A stretch of DNA of 64,000 nucleotides. Origin: an uncultured Thiotrichales bacterium. GTDB lineage: Bacteria > Pseudomonadota > Gammaproteobacteria > UWMA-0217. Shown one piece after another: positions 41,170 through 49,623 of the stretch (position 1 is the stretch's first letter; the number at the start of each line of letters is the position of its first letter). The position numbers and the translations under genes are program-made. The stretch lies in the NCBI GenBank assembly GCA_964430355.1, contig CAYSFW010000089.1, forward strand, positions 147,750 to 211,749, read 5' to 3'. The notes under the pieces are model-generated. The model made no database searches. It had not been told where the DNA came from and saw nothing but the letters and a program-made list of their open reading frames with translations.

Positions 41170-41466
41170 ATGGCTGAGATTACTGGTATTGCCCTTGGCA
41201 TGATTGAAACTCGTGGCCTTGTTCCCGCCATCGAGGCGGCAGATGCCATGACCAAAGCGGCGGAAGTCCGACTGATTGGTCGGCAGTTCGTCGGTGGGGG
41301 CTATGTCACCGTGCTGGTTCGTGGTGAGACGGGGGCGGTCAATGCCGCTGTACGTGCCGGTGCAGACGCCTGCGAACGGGTTGGCGATGGGCTTGTCGCC
41401 GCGCACATCATTGCGCGCGTTCACTCCGAGGTGGAGGGCATCCTGCCCAAGGCGCCTAGCGCGTGA
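41170..41466 (+). CDS. csoS1: Carboxysome shell hexamer CsoS1 (copy 2)
   Basis: Same BMC-H motifs; GRQFVGGGY variant. Confidence 0.95.
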   Translation: MAEITGIALGMIETRGLVPAIEAADAMTKAAEVRLIGRQFVGGGYVTVLVRGETGAVNAAVRAGADACERVGDGLVAAHIIARVHSEVEGILPKAPSA

Positions 41467-41529
41467 CGTAACTGCCGTGAGGTGGGCGTAACGCCCCCTC
41501 ACGAACAGCATTCTTCCTGGAGAACTGAA

Positions 41530-41868
41530 ATGTCGGCTATGACTGGAATCGCGTTGGGGATGATCGAAACCCGCGGGTTGGTGCCCGCCATCGAGGCGGC
41601 GGATGCCATGACCAAGGCCGCGGAAGTCCGCTTGATCGGGCGCGAGTTCGTCGGTGGGGGCTACGTCACGGTGATGGTGCGTGGCGAGACGGGTGCCGTG
41701 AATGCTGCAGTGCGTGCCGGTGCCGACGCCTGCGAACGGGTCGGCGATGGGCTTGTTGCCGCGCACATCATCGCGCGCGTCCACGCCGAGGTCGAAGGCG
41801 TGCTGCCGAGCTCGCCGAGCGCCGCAGGCGGCGGACGTGATGGCGAGGTCACCACGCGGCGCAGTTGA
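41530..41868 (+). CDS. csoS1: Carboxysome shell hexamer with C-terminal extension (CsoS1B-like)
   Basis: BMC-H core plus tail SSPSAAGGGRDGEVTTRRS. All three csoS1 genes share the leader GGAGAAC(T/C)GAAATG. Confidence 0.93.
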   Translation: MSAMTGIALGMIETRGLVPAIEAADAMTKAAEVRLIGREFVGGGYVTVMVRGETGAVNAAVRAGADACERVGDGLVAAHIIARVHAEVEGVLPSSPSAAGGGRDGEVTTRRS

Positions 41869-41878
41869 GGGTTGGGTG

Positions 41879-42355
41879 ATGCGTGCAAACCCTCGACTGG
41901 CTGGTTACCTCACGCAGGCGCTGGATCATGAGCTGAGCGTGGTTCAGCAGTACCTCACGCAGTCCTGCCTATGTCGGCTGTGGCGGGAGGACGCACTGGC
42001 AGATTATTTCCGCAGGGAGGCCGACGAGGAACAAAGCCACGCAGGCAAGTTGGTCTGCCATTTATTGAGTTTGGGCCTTGCCCCCAACGGTACCCGGCTC
42101 AAACCCGTGCGGCCCGGCCGCGAACTGCGGGAGATGCTGTTGCTCGACCGCCAGCTGGAGCTGGATGCGGTGTTGCTCTACCAGGACGCCCTGCACTACG
42201 CCGAGCGATGCCGGGACGCGGCGGCCTCAGCCCTGTTTGCCGAGCTGCTGGCCGACGAGGAAGCGCACTTGGCGGAACTCGATCGCATGCTCGCTGGACT
42301 TGCGGATCGGGACTATGACCCAGAGAGTTTCTTGAGAGAGGTGTGCCATGTCTGA
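41879..42355 (+). CDS. Bacterioferritin-like protein associated with alpha-carboxysome loci
   Basis: Ferroxidase-like residues ALDHEL..QQY, EEQSH, LEL...Y, DEEAH. Confidence 0.8.
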   Translation: MRANPRLAGYLTQALDHELSVVQQYLTQSCLCRLWREDALADYFRREADEEQSHAGKLVCHLLSLGLAPNGTRLKPVRPGRELREMLLLDRQLELDAVLLYQDALHYAERCRDAAASALFAELLADEEAHLAELDRMLAGLADRDYDPESFLREVCHV

Positions 42356-42608
42356 ACTACCGCCGCCGGGATGGCAGGTCCAAACCAAGCCGCCCATGAT
42401 GATGCGGCGCTTTGAATTTCCAGACTACACGGCTACTCGCGCCTTCCTGGACGGGCTCGCAAAGCTTTCGGAGAAATGCGGCTACTACCCCGACCTCAAT
42501 TTCGCCAAGACCCATGTCAGCGTCACGCTCGCCGCCCGCGATGTGGCGCTGGGTGCAGATGAGTACGGCTTTGCTAGCCGTGTGAACGCCCTGGTCGAGA
42601 GTCAGTGA
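42348..42608 (+). CDS. Pterin-4a-carbinolamine dehydratase-like Rubisco assembly factor (acRAF/Raf2-like)
   Basis: W...RRFEF.DY..TR.FLD.LA.LSE..GYYPDLNF pattern; usual position after the bfr-like gene. Confidence 0.8.
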   Translation: MSELPPPGWQVQTKPPMMMRRFEFPDYTATRAFLDGLAKLSEKCGYYPDLNFAKTHVSVTLAARDVALGADEYGFASRVNALVESQ

Positions 42609-42617
42609 GGGACGACG

Positions 42618-43274
42618 ATGGGTGGCCATGTGCTTGCAGTGGCCAGCCTGAAGGGCGGGTGTGGAAAATCGACACTGGCGTGGAACCTCGCGGCGGGCCT
42701 GACCGAGCGCGAAGGGCATGGGCGAGTGGGATTGCTTGATGCGGACCCGCAAGGTGCGCTTACCCACTGGGCAGCGTGGGCGCGGGGCAGCGGATCGGGT
42801 GCTGCGAGGGCGCCGGAGGTCATGCCAGCCCACCTCGAGCCCGCACAGACCTTGGCCCAGGTACGCGAGCGGTTCGCCTGGCTGCTGGTGGATTGTCCGC
42901 CTTCCGTTGACATGTCCATCACCCGCCGGGTCCTTGCACTTGCCGACACCGTGGTTGTGCCCGTACTGCCCTCTCCGCTCGATCTTTGGGCCAGCGCGCA
43001 AACGATGCACGCAGTGCTCGATGCGCAAGTGAACAATCCCACGCTCGCGGCGTGGCTGCTCTTGAATCAGGTAGAGCCAAGCAGCGCACTCTCCCGCGCC
43101 ATGCGCAGGGCGCTCGCCGAGCAAGCGTTTCCGACGCTCACGAGCGTCGTTCGCCGTCGAGCGGCGTTCCGCAGCGCGGCCCTGGAAGGCGTGAGTGTCT
43201 ATCAACTCGGTGCGCGTGGTCGGCAAGCGGCGCGCGACATTGACCAAGTCATCGAGGAGCTACTGCGACCATGA
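42618..43274 (+). CDS. mcdA: ParA/MinD-like carboxysome positioning ATPase
   Basis: Deviant Walker A KGGCGKST, DADPQG, VDCPP, PSPLDLWA; followed by an McdB-like gene. Confidence 0.78.
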   Translation: MGGHVLAVASLKGGCGKSTLAWNLAAGLTEREGHGRVGLLDADPQGALTHWAAWARGSGSGAARAPEVMPAHLEPAQTLAQVRERFAWLLVDCPPSVDMSITRRVLALADTVVVPVLPSPLDLWASAQTMHAVLDAQVNNPTLAAWLLLNQVEPSSALSRAMRRALAEQAFPTLTSVVRRRAAFRSAALEGVSVYQLGARGRQAARDIDQVIEELLRP

Positions 43275-43543
43275 GCAAACTGGACGACAAACTTGCCGCC
43301 AGCGTCAAGCTGGCGGTGGATCCGGCGGCTACAGCCAAGCCGGCCCCAAAGAAGTCAGCGGTAAGGAAATCTGCCAACAGCGCGTCCGTGAAAACGCCGA
43401 GCCCGGCGCCCGCGGTCACGCCGTCGCCCGCGCGACAGCCCGAGCCCTGCGGCGCGGCTGCCGCGGGCGATAAGGTCGAGGAGGTGATTCAGGGGGCTGC
43501 TCGCGGCAGGTCGCTGCATCCACGCCGCGTCTGGCCGGATTAG
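43271..43543 (+). CDS. mcdB: Carboxysome positioning adaptor
   Basis: MSKLDDKLAASVK N-terminus, disordered Pro/Ala/Lys-rich middle, C-terminal LHPRRVWPD. Confidence 0.8.
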   Translation: MSKLDDKLAASVKLAVDPAATAKPAPKKSAVRKSANSASVKTPSPAPAVTPSPARQPEPCGAAAAGDKVEEVIQGAARGRSLHPRRVWPD

Positions 43544-43552
43544 GAGGTGCGT

Positions 43553-43800
43553 ATGGCGGAGGCCGATCGCGACGGCGGCGACGCGGCTCAGTCCGCCTAG
43601 GCGTCGTGTCTGCTCGGTTAGAATCTGTGGACCGTGCTACTCGTACTGCTGGCGAGCGGGCTCATGTTCGGCTTGAGCGTGCCTGAAGTGCAGCCGCTCA
43701 TCATAGGCTTCATGCTGGCCGGGCTCGTGCTCAACTGCTGGCTGTCGAGGTGTGCCGCCATGAGCGATCGTGAAACGCCTGAAGGCAAGGCGAACTTATC
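43553..43800 (+). pseudogene. Possible disrupted small membrane-protein gene
   Basis: Strong AGGAGGT RBS and ATG 43553; two in-frame TAGs (43598, 43619), then two hydrophobic helices in the same frame. End coordinate approximate. Confidence 0.3.
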
Positions 43801-43825
43801 CGGCCCGCCAGCCGCCTGCGCTCGT

Positions 43826-44878
43826 TCACACCTGCTCGAGCGCCCTCGATTGCCAGTTCAGCACGGCAGTGCGGCGGTACATCTTATCAGCCAGTACCGG
43901 AAACTCTCGGCTGATGATGTCGGCGGTGAATTCCGCCATGAAGCGCGCCTTCACCACGGCGCGGGCGCGGTCGACGCCAAGCTCCTCGTAGGGCGCTGAG
44001 GCCAGCATTAGGAAGCCGTCATCCGGAATGCGTCCCGTGCGCATGTTGTTGAGGATGATGCTGGCCGCCTTGCGCAGGGGGTCTTCCAGGTTGGGGCTAT
44101 AGGGCCCGATGATCAGGGCCAGATTGGGCATGTGCAGGAAGTCGAATCCGCGGCCGACACAGATCATCCATTCCCTGTGTTCGATGTCCAGGGCTCGGTC
44201 CTGGCTGCGTACCTGGGCGATGCGTTTGAGGTTTCCGGCCAGGAGCGGCAGCAGGTCGTCGCGCATCTGTTGGGACATGTCCGGAAACAGTGCAGCAAGC
44301 CTCGGAGCCAGGGTGTCGGCATCGGCGGGCGTAAGCTCGGCGAGATTCAGCTCGCCGTCCTCCGCGCCATGCAGGATCAGCGCATCTTCGTCGGTCTCGA
44401 AACCGCAAACGATGGGATAAACCCCACCGTGCTCGCGTCCGAATACGTCCTCCACCTGTGCCTTGACGGTGCGCGTGTGGGCGATGGCGGCGTGGGTGTC
44501 GTAGTTGAACCCCGCGCACCCGCGTCGCGGGTCACCCTTGGAGAAGTGATAGGTGATCAGCGCAAGCGTTTGTCGCCCCCCGCGTACCGTGCGCAGGATG
44601 TGGTGCGCGAGCGTCTCGTTTAAATGCGGCCAGCCGAGGTGAAACATGCCACCCAGGTTGCGGAACGGCTGAATGATCCCAGGTGGCGTCTGCGTCGCTA
44701 CGGGGATGTTGATGCGGCCATCCATGCACTTGAGGGCAACGATATCGGTGGGATGTTGCGCCAAGTATCGCACCCGCGCCATCCAGGTCTCCGGACTGGT
44801 GTAGGTCTCCGTGTAGCGTGCAGCAACGTCGAATAGCCAGTTGATGCGTTCAGCGATCGGGGCACCGTAGATGTCCAC
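43826..44878 (-). CDS. Stand-alone CsoSCA-like beta-carbonic anhydrase
   Basis: KCMDGR, YHFSKGDPRRGCAG and GFETDEDALILH parallel the CsoSCA motifs; GTG start 6 nt after GAGGAG; no signal peptide. Confidence 0.72.
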   Translation of the reverse strand: MDIYGAPIAERINWLFDVAARYTETYTSPETWMARVRYLAQHPTDIVALKCMDGRINIPVATQTPPGIIQPFRNLGGMFHLGWPHLNETLAHHILRTVRGGRQTLALITYHFSKGDPRRGCAGFNYDTHAAIAHTRTVKAQVEDVFGREHGGVYPIVCGFETDEDALILHGAEDGELNLAELTPADADTLAPRLAALFPDMSQQMRDDLLPLLAGNLKRIAQVRSQDRALDIEHREWMICVGRGFDFLHMPNLALIIGPYSPNLEDPLRKAASIILNNMRTGRIPDDGFLMLASAPYEELGVDRARAVVKARFMAEFTADIISREFPVLADKMYRRTAVLNWQSRALEQV

Positions 44879-45123
44879 TCATTGCTCCTCGACAAGTTCT
44901 CGATGCGGTCTGGATTTCGTGACCCTTGGGATCATGAGGTTGCGTGCCGGTGTTTCGACACCTGGCGCGTCTTGTGAAATATGGCCTAGAATCGATTCAT
45001 CTTTTCTTACCAGCCCCCGGCGAAGGGCCGAGCCGTACTGGTCCAAATTGTCGTTGGAGGACCCCTGTGGAGCAACCGGGAAAGCGCCTTCGACCGGCAT
45101 GCTACAGTGTCTCCTATTGAACT

Positions 45124-45558
45124 ATGTCACGTGACGACGGGATGTATTGGGTTCGAGAGCAATTCCATCGCGGTCCCGAGATCGGGCGACGGGAGCGCCA
45201 CCTCGCAGCCACGCTCTACAACGCGACCCGTCGCCTGCTGCTGCGTGCTGAGCGAGGTTGCGTTTTCGTGCCGATCCGCTCCATGCAGTATCTCGCCGCG
45301 CTTGATGCCGAGGAGATCGTTTTCATCGACGGGCAGGGCGATCGCTCGATCGAATTTGCCTGGCAATCTTTCCACCCGCAGGTGCGCTCGCGTCTCGATG
45401 AGCCGGTGCCGTACGTCTGCGTCGCTTATCAGTCCAAGGCCTGGCAGACGCAGCTACGGGTCCATGCGGAGTTCGCCAAGGCACTGCAATTGCTGGAGGG
45501 TCGTCTGCGTCGCGGCGAACCCTCAGCAGCTAACAACCTCCTGACGTTCCGACGGTAA
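45124..45558 (+). CDS. Hypothetical protein divergent from the second carbonic anhydrase
   Basis: Globular-looking sequence with FVPIRSMQYLA..DAEEIVF.D and W..F.PQ.R..L.EPVPY; no family named. Confidence 0.65.
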   Translation: MSRDDGMYWVREQFHRGPEIGRRERHLAATLYNATRRLLLRAERGCVFVPIRSMQYLAALDAEEIVFIDGQGDRSIEFAWQSFHPQVRSRLDEPVPYVCVAYQSKAWQTQLRVHAEFAKALQLLEGRLRRGEPSAANNLLTFRR

Positions 45559-45576
45559 CGTTCCTCAGTTGACCGC

Positions 45577-47046
45577 TCAGAACAGGCTGCGGTTGATCAG
45601 AAAATGGGCGCCGATGCTGGAGACATAGCCGAGCGCCACCGCCCAGCTCCAGCGCAGGTGGCTGAAAAACGTGTACTGGCCGCGTGCCTGGCCCATCAAG
45701 GCCACGCCGGCAGCCGATCCGATCGACAGCAGCGACCCGCCCACCCCCGCCGTCAACGTCACCAACAGCCACTGACCCACCGACATGTCGGGATTCATGG
45801 TCAGCACCGCAAACATGACCGGGATGTTGTCCACGATGGCCGAGAGCAGGCCAATGGCGACGTTGGCGGTGGTCGGGCCCCATTGCGCGTACATGACGTC
45901 TGATGCCAGCGCGAGGTATCCCATGAATCCCAGGCCGCCGACGCACAGGATGACGCCGTAGAAAAAGAACAGCGTGTCCCATTCCGCGCGCGCCACCCGC
46001 TCGAAAATGTCGAAGGGCACCACGTCGCCGATTTCGGCGCCCCCCTCGCGATCTGCCGCTTCGCCGTTGTAGCGGCCGTGCGTCTTGCGTAGATAGAACG
46101 CGTAGACCTTAAGGAAGCCCATGCCGGTGAGCATGCCGATGACGGGCGGCAAGTGTAAAAAGTTGTGGAAGGCAACCGCGGTGGCAATGGTCAGCAGAAA
46201 CAGCACAAGGATTGTGAATGCGCCGCGTTTCATGCGTACGTGATCGTTGACGACACTGGGCGATGCATCAGGTACGGCGAAGTGCATCAGCGCCGCGGGC
46301 ACCACGAAATTGACGAGCGAAGGCACGAACAGGGCGAAAAAGGTCCAGAAGTCCACGACACCCTTCTGCCAGACCATGAGTGTGGTGATGTCGCCAAACG
46401 GACTGAAAGCCCCCCCGGCATTCGCTGCAACGACGATGTTGATGCAGGCCAGAGAAATGAAGCGCGCGTTGCCGCCGCCGACGGACAGGACCACCGCGCA
46501 CATCAGCAAGGCAGTAGTGAGGTTGTCCGCCATCGGCGAGATGAAGAACGCGAGGGTGCCGGTGATCCAGAATAACGCACGCAAGCCGTACCCCCGCGAA
46601 ACCAGCCACGATCGAAGTGCCTCAAAAACCAGGCGCTCGTCCAGCGCGTTGATATAGGTCATGGCCACCAGCAAGAACAGCATCAGCTCGGCGTATTCGA
46701 GTAGATTGTGCCGCACGGCGGCCTCCGCCTCGTGCGGTAGGCCATGCTGGCCGTAGTACAGCGCGATCATCGCCCAGATGATCCCCGCGGCAAGTACCAC
46801 GGGCTTTGACTTGCGCAGGTGAATGAATTCCTCGGCCATCACCAGAAGGTAGGCCAGCACGAAGATCGCAATGCCGGTGAAGCCAACCCAGTGCTGGGTC
46901 AGATCAAGCCGCGCACTAGCGCCGCTCGCCCACACCAACTCGGGCAGAAGCAAGAAAGCCGCTGCTGCCACGGCCGAAGCGATGCCACCCGGCGAACGTC
47001 GGGCTCGAGTGCAACTTGCGGGCGGGTTGGGTGGCTGACAGATCAT
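45577..47046 (-). CDS. nhaD: NhaD-type Na+/H+ antiporter
   Basis: EEFIHLRKSKP, FLLVAMTYIN, ADNLTT, ANAGGAFSPFGDITT, SAIVDNIP, GSLLSIGSAAGV. Start uncertain (47046 chosen). Confidence 0.9.
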   Translation of the reverse strand: MICQPPNPPASCTRARRSPGGIASAVAAAAFLLLPELVWASGASARLDLTQHWVGFTGIAIFVLAYLLVMAEEFIHLRKSKPVVLAAGIIWAMIALYYGQHGLPHEAEAAVRHNLLEYAELMLFLLVAMTYINALDERLVFEALRSWLVSRGYGLRALFWITGTLAFFISPMADNLTTALLMCAVVLSVGGGNARFISLACINIVVAANAGGAFSPFGDITTLMVWQKGVVDFWTFFALFVPSLVNFVVPAALMHFAVPDASPSVVNDHVRMKRGAFTILVLFLLTIATAVAFHNFLHLPPVIGMLTGMGFLKVYAFYLRKTHGRYNGEAADREGGAEIGDVVPFDIFERVARAEWDTLFFFYGVILCVGGLGFMGYLALASDVMYAQWGPTTANVAIGLLSAIVDNIPVMFAVLTMNPDMSVGQWLLVTLTAGVGGSLLSIGSAAGVALMGQARGQYTFFSHLRWSWAVALGYVSSIGAHFLINRSLF

Positions 47047-47181
47047 CAGGGCATACCTTCGGTGGCGTGGGTTTGGTTCCAGTCGGCCGCCGCGACCCGG
47101 CAACCGGAAAAGCCTGTGATGATAGGTCAGCCGATGGACAGGCAACAGCCCGATTCGGCGGTACGGCGAGCCATCGCGAAC

Positions 47182-47212
47182 TTGACAAAGGGTATAGAAA
47201 ATCATCTATAAG
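47182..47212. promoter_or_regulatory. TTGACA plus TATAG-N8-CTATA operator between nhaD and the LysR gene
   Basis: TTGACA at 47182-87; ATAG-AAAATCAT-CTAT at 47194-47209. Confidence 0.6.
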
Positions 47213-47249
47213 AGGGTTCGGTCCGATCAATCCATGGCCCCATCAGCAC

Positions 47250-48185
47250 GTGCTCGCCCGACATATCACATTGCGTCAACTCCAGGTCTTCGAGGCTATC
47301 GTCCGCCACGGCAGTTTCACCCGGGCAGCTGAAGAGCTCTACCTCACGCAGCCTACGGTTTCCATGCAGATCAAGAAGCTCTCCGATGAGGTGGGCCTGC
47401 AGCTGTTCGAACAAGTGGGGCGCACGGTGGAGCTGACGGACGCCGGACGCGAGTTGTACAACGCGAGTCGCAATATTTTCTCCGCTTTTTCCAACCTGGA
47501 GATGAAGATTGCCGACATGAAGGGGCTACGCGCGGGCAGGTTGCGACTGACGGCACTGACCACGGCGCAGTACTTCGCACCGCGAATACTGGCCGAGTTC
47601 AGCCGGCGCTACCCCGGGATCGATGTCAACCTGAGTGTGGTCAACCGTGAGCAGGTCATAGAACGTTTGGCGAACAACGAGGACGACCTCTACATTCTGG
47701 GCCAGACGTTGCCGCAGGAGCTTGCGATCGAAGCCGCGCCGTTCGCGCCGAATTGTCTCGTCGTGCTTGCGCGGCACGATCATCCGTTGGTCGGGCAGCG
47801 CAACATTCCGGTCGAGCGGCTGGCCCGGGAGCCGTTCATCATGCGCGAGTCCGGCTCGGGCATCCGGGATGCAGTCCACCGCCTGTTTCAGGCTCACAAT
47901 GTCGAGCCGCAGGTGCGCATGGCACTGGGCAGCAACGAGGCGATCAAGCACGCTATTGTGGCTGGCTTGGGCGTGTCGGTGCTGTCGGCGACTGCCCTCA
48001 TCCTGGAGGGCGTCGAGGGTCCGTTGCGGATCCTGGATGTCGAGGGCTTCCCCATCCGCCGTCAGTGGTACCTGGCCTACCCTCGGAGCAAGGCGTTGAC
48101 GCTGGTCGCGCAGACCTTCTGGAATTTCTGCATGGAGGAAGGCGAGGATCTGACGGGCAGTCTGCTCGGGCACCTGGCCCTGTGA
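47250..48185 (+). CDS. Second CbbR/CmpR/CcmR-like LysR regulator
   Basis: TLRQLQVFEA..RHGSFTRAAEELYLTQPTVSMQ, TTAQYFAPRIL, NNEDDLYIL, RESGSG, SNEAIKHAI. GTG start 47250 inferred. Confidence 0.85.
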   Translation: MLARHITLRQLQVFEAIVRHGSFTRAAEELYLTQPTVSMQIKKLSDEVGLQLFEQVGRTVELTDAGRELYNASRNIFSAFSNLEMKIADMKGLRAGRLRLTALTTAQYFAPRILAEFSRRYPGIDVNLSVVNREQVIERLANNEDDLYILGQTLPQELAIEAAPFAPNCLVVLARHDHPLVGQRNIPVERLAREPFIMRESGSGIRDAVHRLFQAHNVEPQVRMALGSNEAIKHAIVAGLGVSVLSATALILEGVEGPLRILDVEGFPIRRQWYLAYPRSKALTLVAQTFWNFCMEEGEDLTGSLLGHLAL

Positions 48186-48186
48186 C

Positions 48187-48951
48187 TCAGCCCAGGCCGA
48201 ATAGCGCCCGGGCGTTCGCCGTCGTCTGCTCGGCGACCTCCTCGACGGGCACGCCCCGCAAACGCGCCAGCGTCTCGGCGACAGCAGGCAGGTAGGCCGG
48301 TTCGTTGCGCTGGCCGCGGTGCTCGGCATCCGGTTGGTCAGGTACATCGGTCTCGATCAGGATCGCCTTGAGTGACAGTTCCCGCGCGAGTTGCTGCGGC
48401 CGACGGGCGTTCTCCCAGGTGATCGGGCCACCTAGTCCGAAACTGAAGCCAAGCTTCCGCAGCGCTTGGGCTTGCTCGACGCTCCCGGCGTAGCTGTGGA
48501 GCACGCCACGCACGCCGGGGAACCGTTGCAACGTTTTGTACACTGATTCGACCGCACGGCGCGCGTGGATGACGACCGGCAGGTCGTGTTTGCGAGCGAG
48601 TTCGAGCTGGCCCTCGAAGTAGAACTGCTGGGTCGCACGGTCCAGCTCCCTGTCGTAGTAATCCAGCCCGCACTCGCCGACAGCGACGGCTGGATGGGTC
48701 GTCAACCACTCGTCCAGCTCGGACAGGTGCTCGGCACGGTGTTCCGCGAGATAGACCGGGTGCAGTCCATATGCGGGATGAATGCCAGCGTAGGCGGTGG
48801 CAACCGCATGTAGGCCGGCCCAGCTCGCCGCGGTGATTGCGGGTGCCACGATCCGTTCAACCCCGACTGCGGTCGCGCGCGCGAGGCAGGTGGCGCGATC
48901 TGCGTCGAAGCTCGCGTCGTCGATGTGGCAGTGCGAATCGATCAGTCGCAC
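48187..48951 (-). CDS. TatD family metal-dependent nuclease
   Basis: IDSHCH, GLHP, VGECGLDY, VIHAR, LHSY, IETD.P. Confidence 0.92.
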   Translation of the reverse strand: MRLIDSHCHIDDASFDADRATCLARATAVGVERIVAPAITAASWAGLHAVATAYAGIHPAYGLHPVYLAEHRAEHLSELDEWLTTHPAVAVGECGLDYYDRELDRATQQFYFEGQLELARKHDLPVVIHARRAVESVYKTLQRFPGVRGVLHSYAGSVEQAQALRKLGFSFGLGGPITWENARRPQQLARELSLKAILIETDVPDQPDAEHRGQRNEPAYLPAVAETLARLRGVPVEEVAEQTTANARALFGLG

Positions 48952-48960
48952 GGCACGCCG

Positions 48961-49536
48961 CTACAAGGTCTCGGACAGGGCCTCGAGCGCCAGCCCGCCG
49001 CGCCGCAGGACGGCGCGCTGGCCATCCCGTTGCCAGACGGCCTCGACGGATGATTGCATCGTCGGCTGGCCGAACTGGGCGCTCAACTGGTTGACCGTCT
49101 CTTGAAACTGCCTGTCGGTGCTCGGGGCGTTGAAAGCAGCCTCAATCTGACTCAGCCGTCCGTTGACGAACACATACCGCACCCGCTTGACCGCCTGGCC
49201 TATGGCGGATAGCCAGGCGGGCAGCTCCGCCAGGCCCGGTGCGACACAGGCCTCGAGTGCTGGTGCCTGGCCTGCCGGACCGGGCGGCTCGCGAATTTCG
49301 CAGGTTGCCCAGTGTCGCTGCGTTCGTGCAAGCCGCTCGGCCAGCTCGCCCTTACGGGCGCCGAGCGGGGTGTCGAACAGGCGCCACGTCGTTTCAGCGG
49401 ATTTCATGGTCGCCCTCGGCTCCGTGGCGACCGGTTCCGGAGCGCTGACGCACCCTCCAAGCACGGCCATCGCGAATCCCGCGAACACGGTCATGCGGCT
49501 CGCGTGCCGACGCCGTTGTGAACATGCACTCGTCAT
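48961..49536 (-). CDS. Hypothetical lipoprotein
   Basis: Lipobox-like AVLGGC after a hydrophobic stretch; start may be ATG 49494. Confidence 0.55.
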   Translation of the reverse strand: MTSACSQRRRHASRMTVFAGFAMAVLGGCVSAPEPVATEPRATMKSAETTWRLFDTPLGARKGELAERLARTQRHWATCEIREPPGPAGQAPALEACVAPGLAELPAWLSAIGQAVKRVRYVFVNGRLSQIEAAFNAPSTDRQFQETVNQLSAQFGQPTMQSSVEAVWQRDGQRAVLRRGGLALEALSETL

Positions 49537-49623
49537 GGCTATTCCATTAAACTAGCGATTGTTTCGTTCCTCGAACCGATCAAATTCTCGGAAATTTAGG
49601 TTGCAAGGCCCTCACCCACCCTC

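Noticed and set aside
40829-41868. Three long near-identical DNA repeats
   Set aside because: They are the paralogous csoS1 genes, not a mobile element or array.
43634-43999. 121-aa plus-strand ORF as an intact gene
   Set aside because: It overlaps the CA gene by 174 bp and lacks an RBS at its GTG; only the hydrophobic first half looks coding, so it is treated as a possible remnant.
44879-45100. 73-codon ORF in frame with the second carbonic anhydrase, separated by a single TGA (possible readthrough or selenocysteine)
   Set aside because: The CA's GTG has its own well-spaced GAGGAG RBS, the upstream peptide looks non-coding, and the region doubles as a divergent promoter. No SECIS-like evidence was seen.
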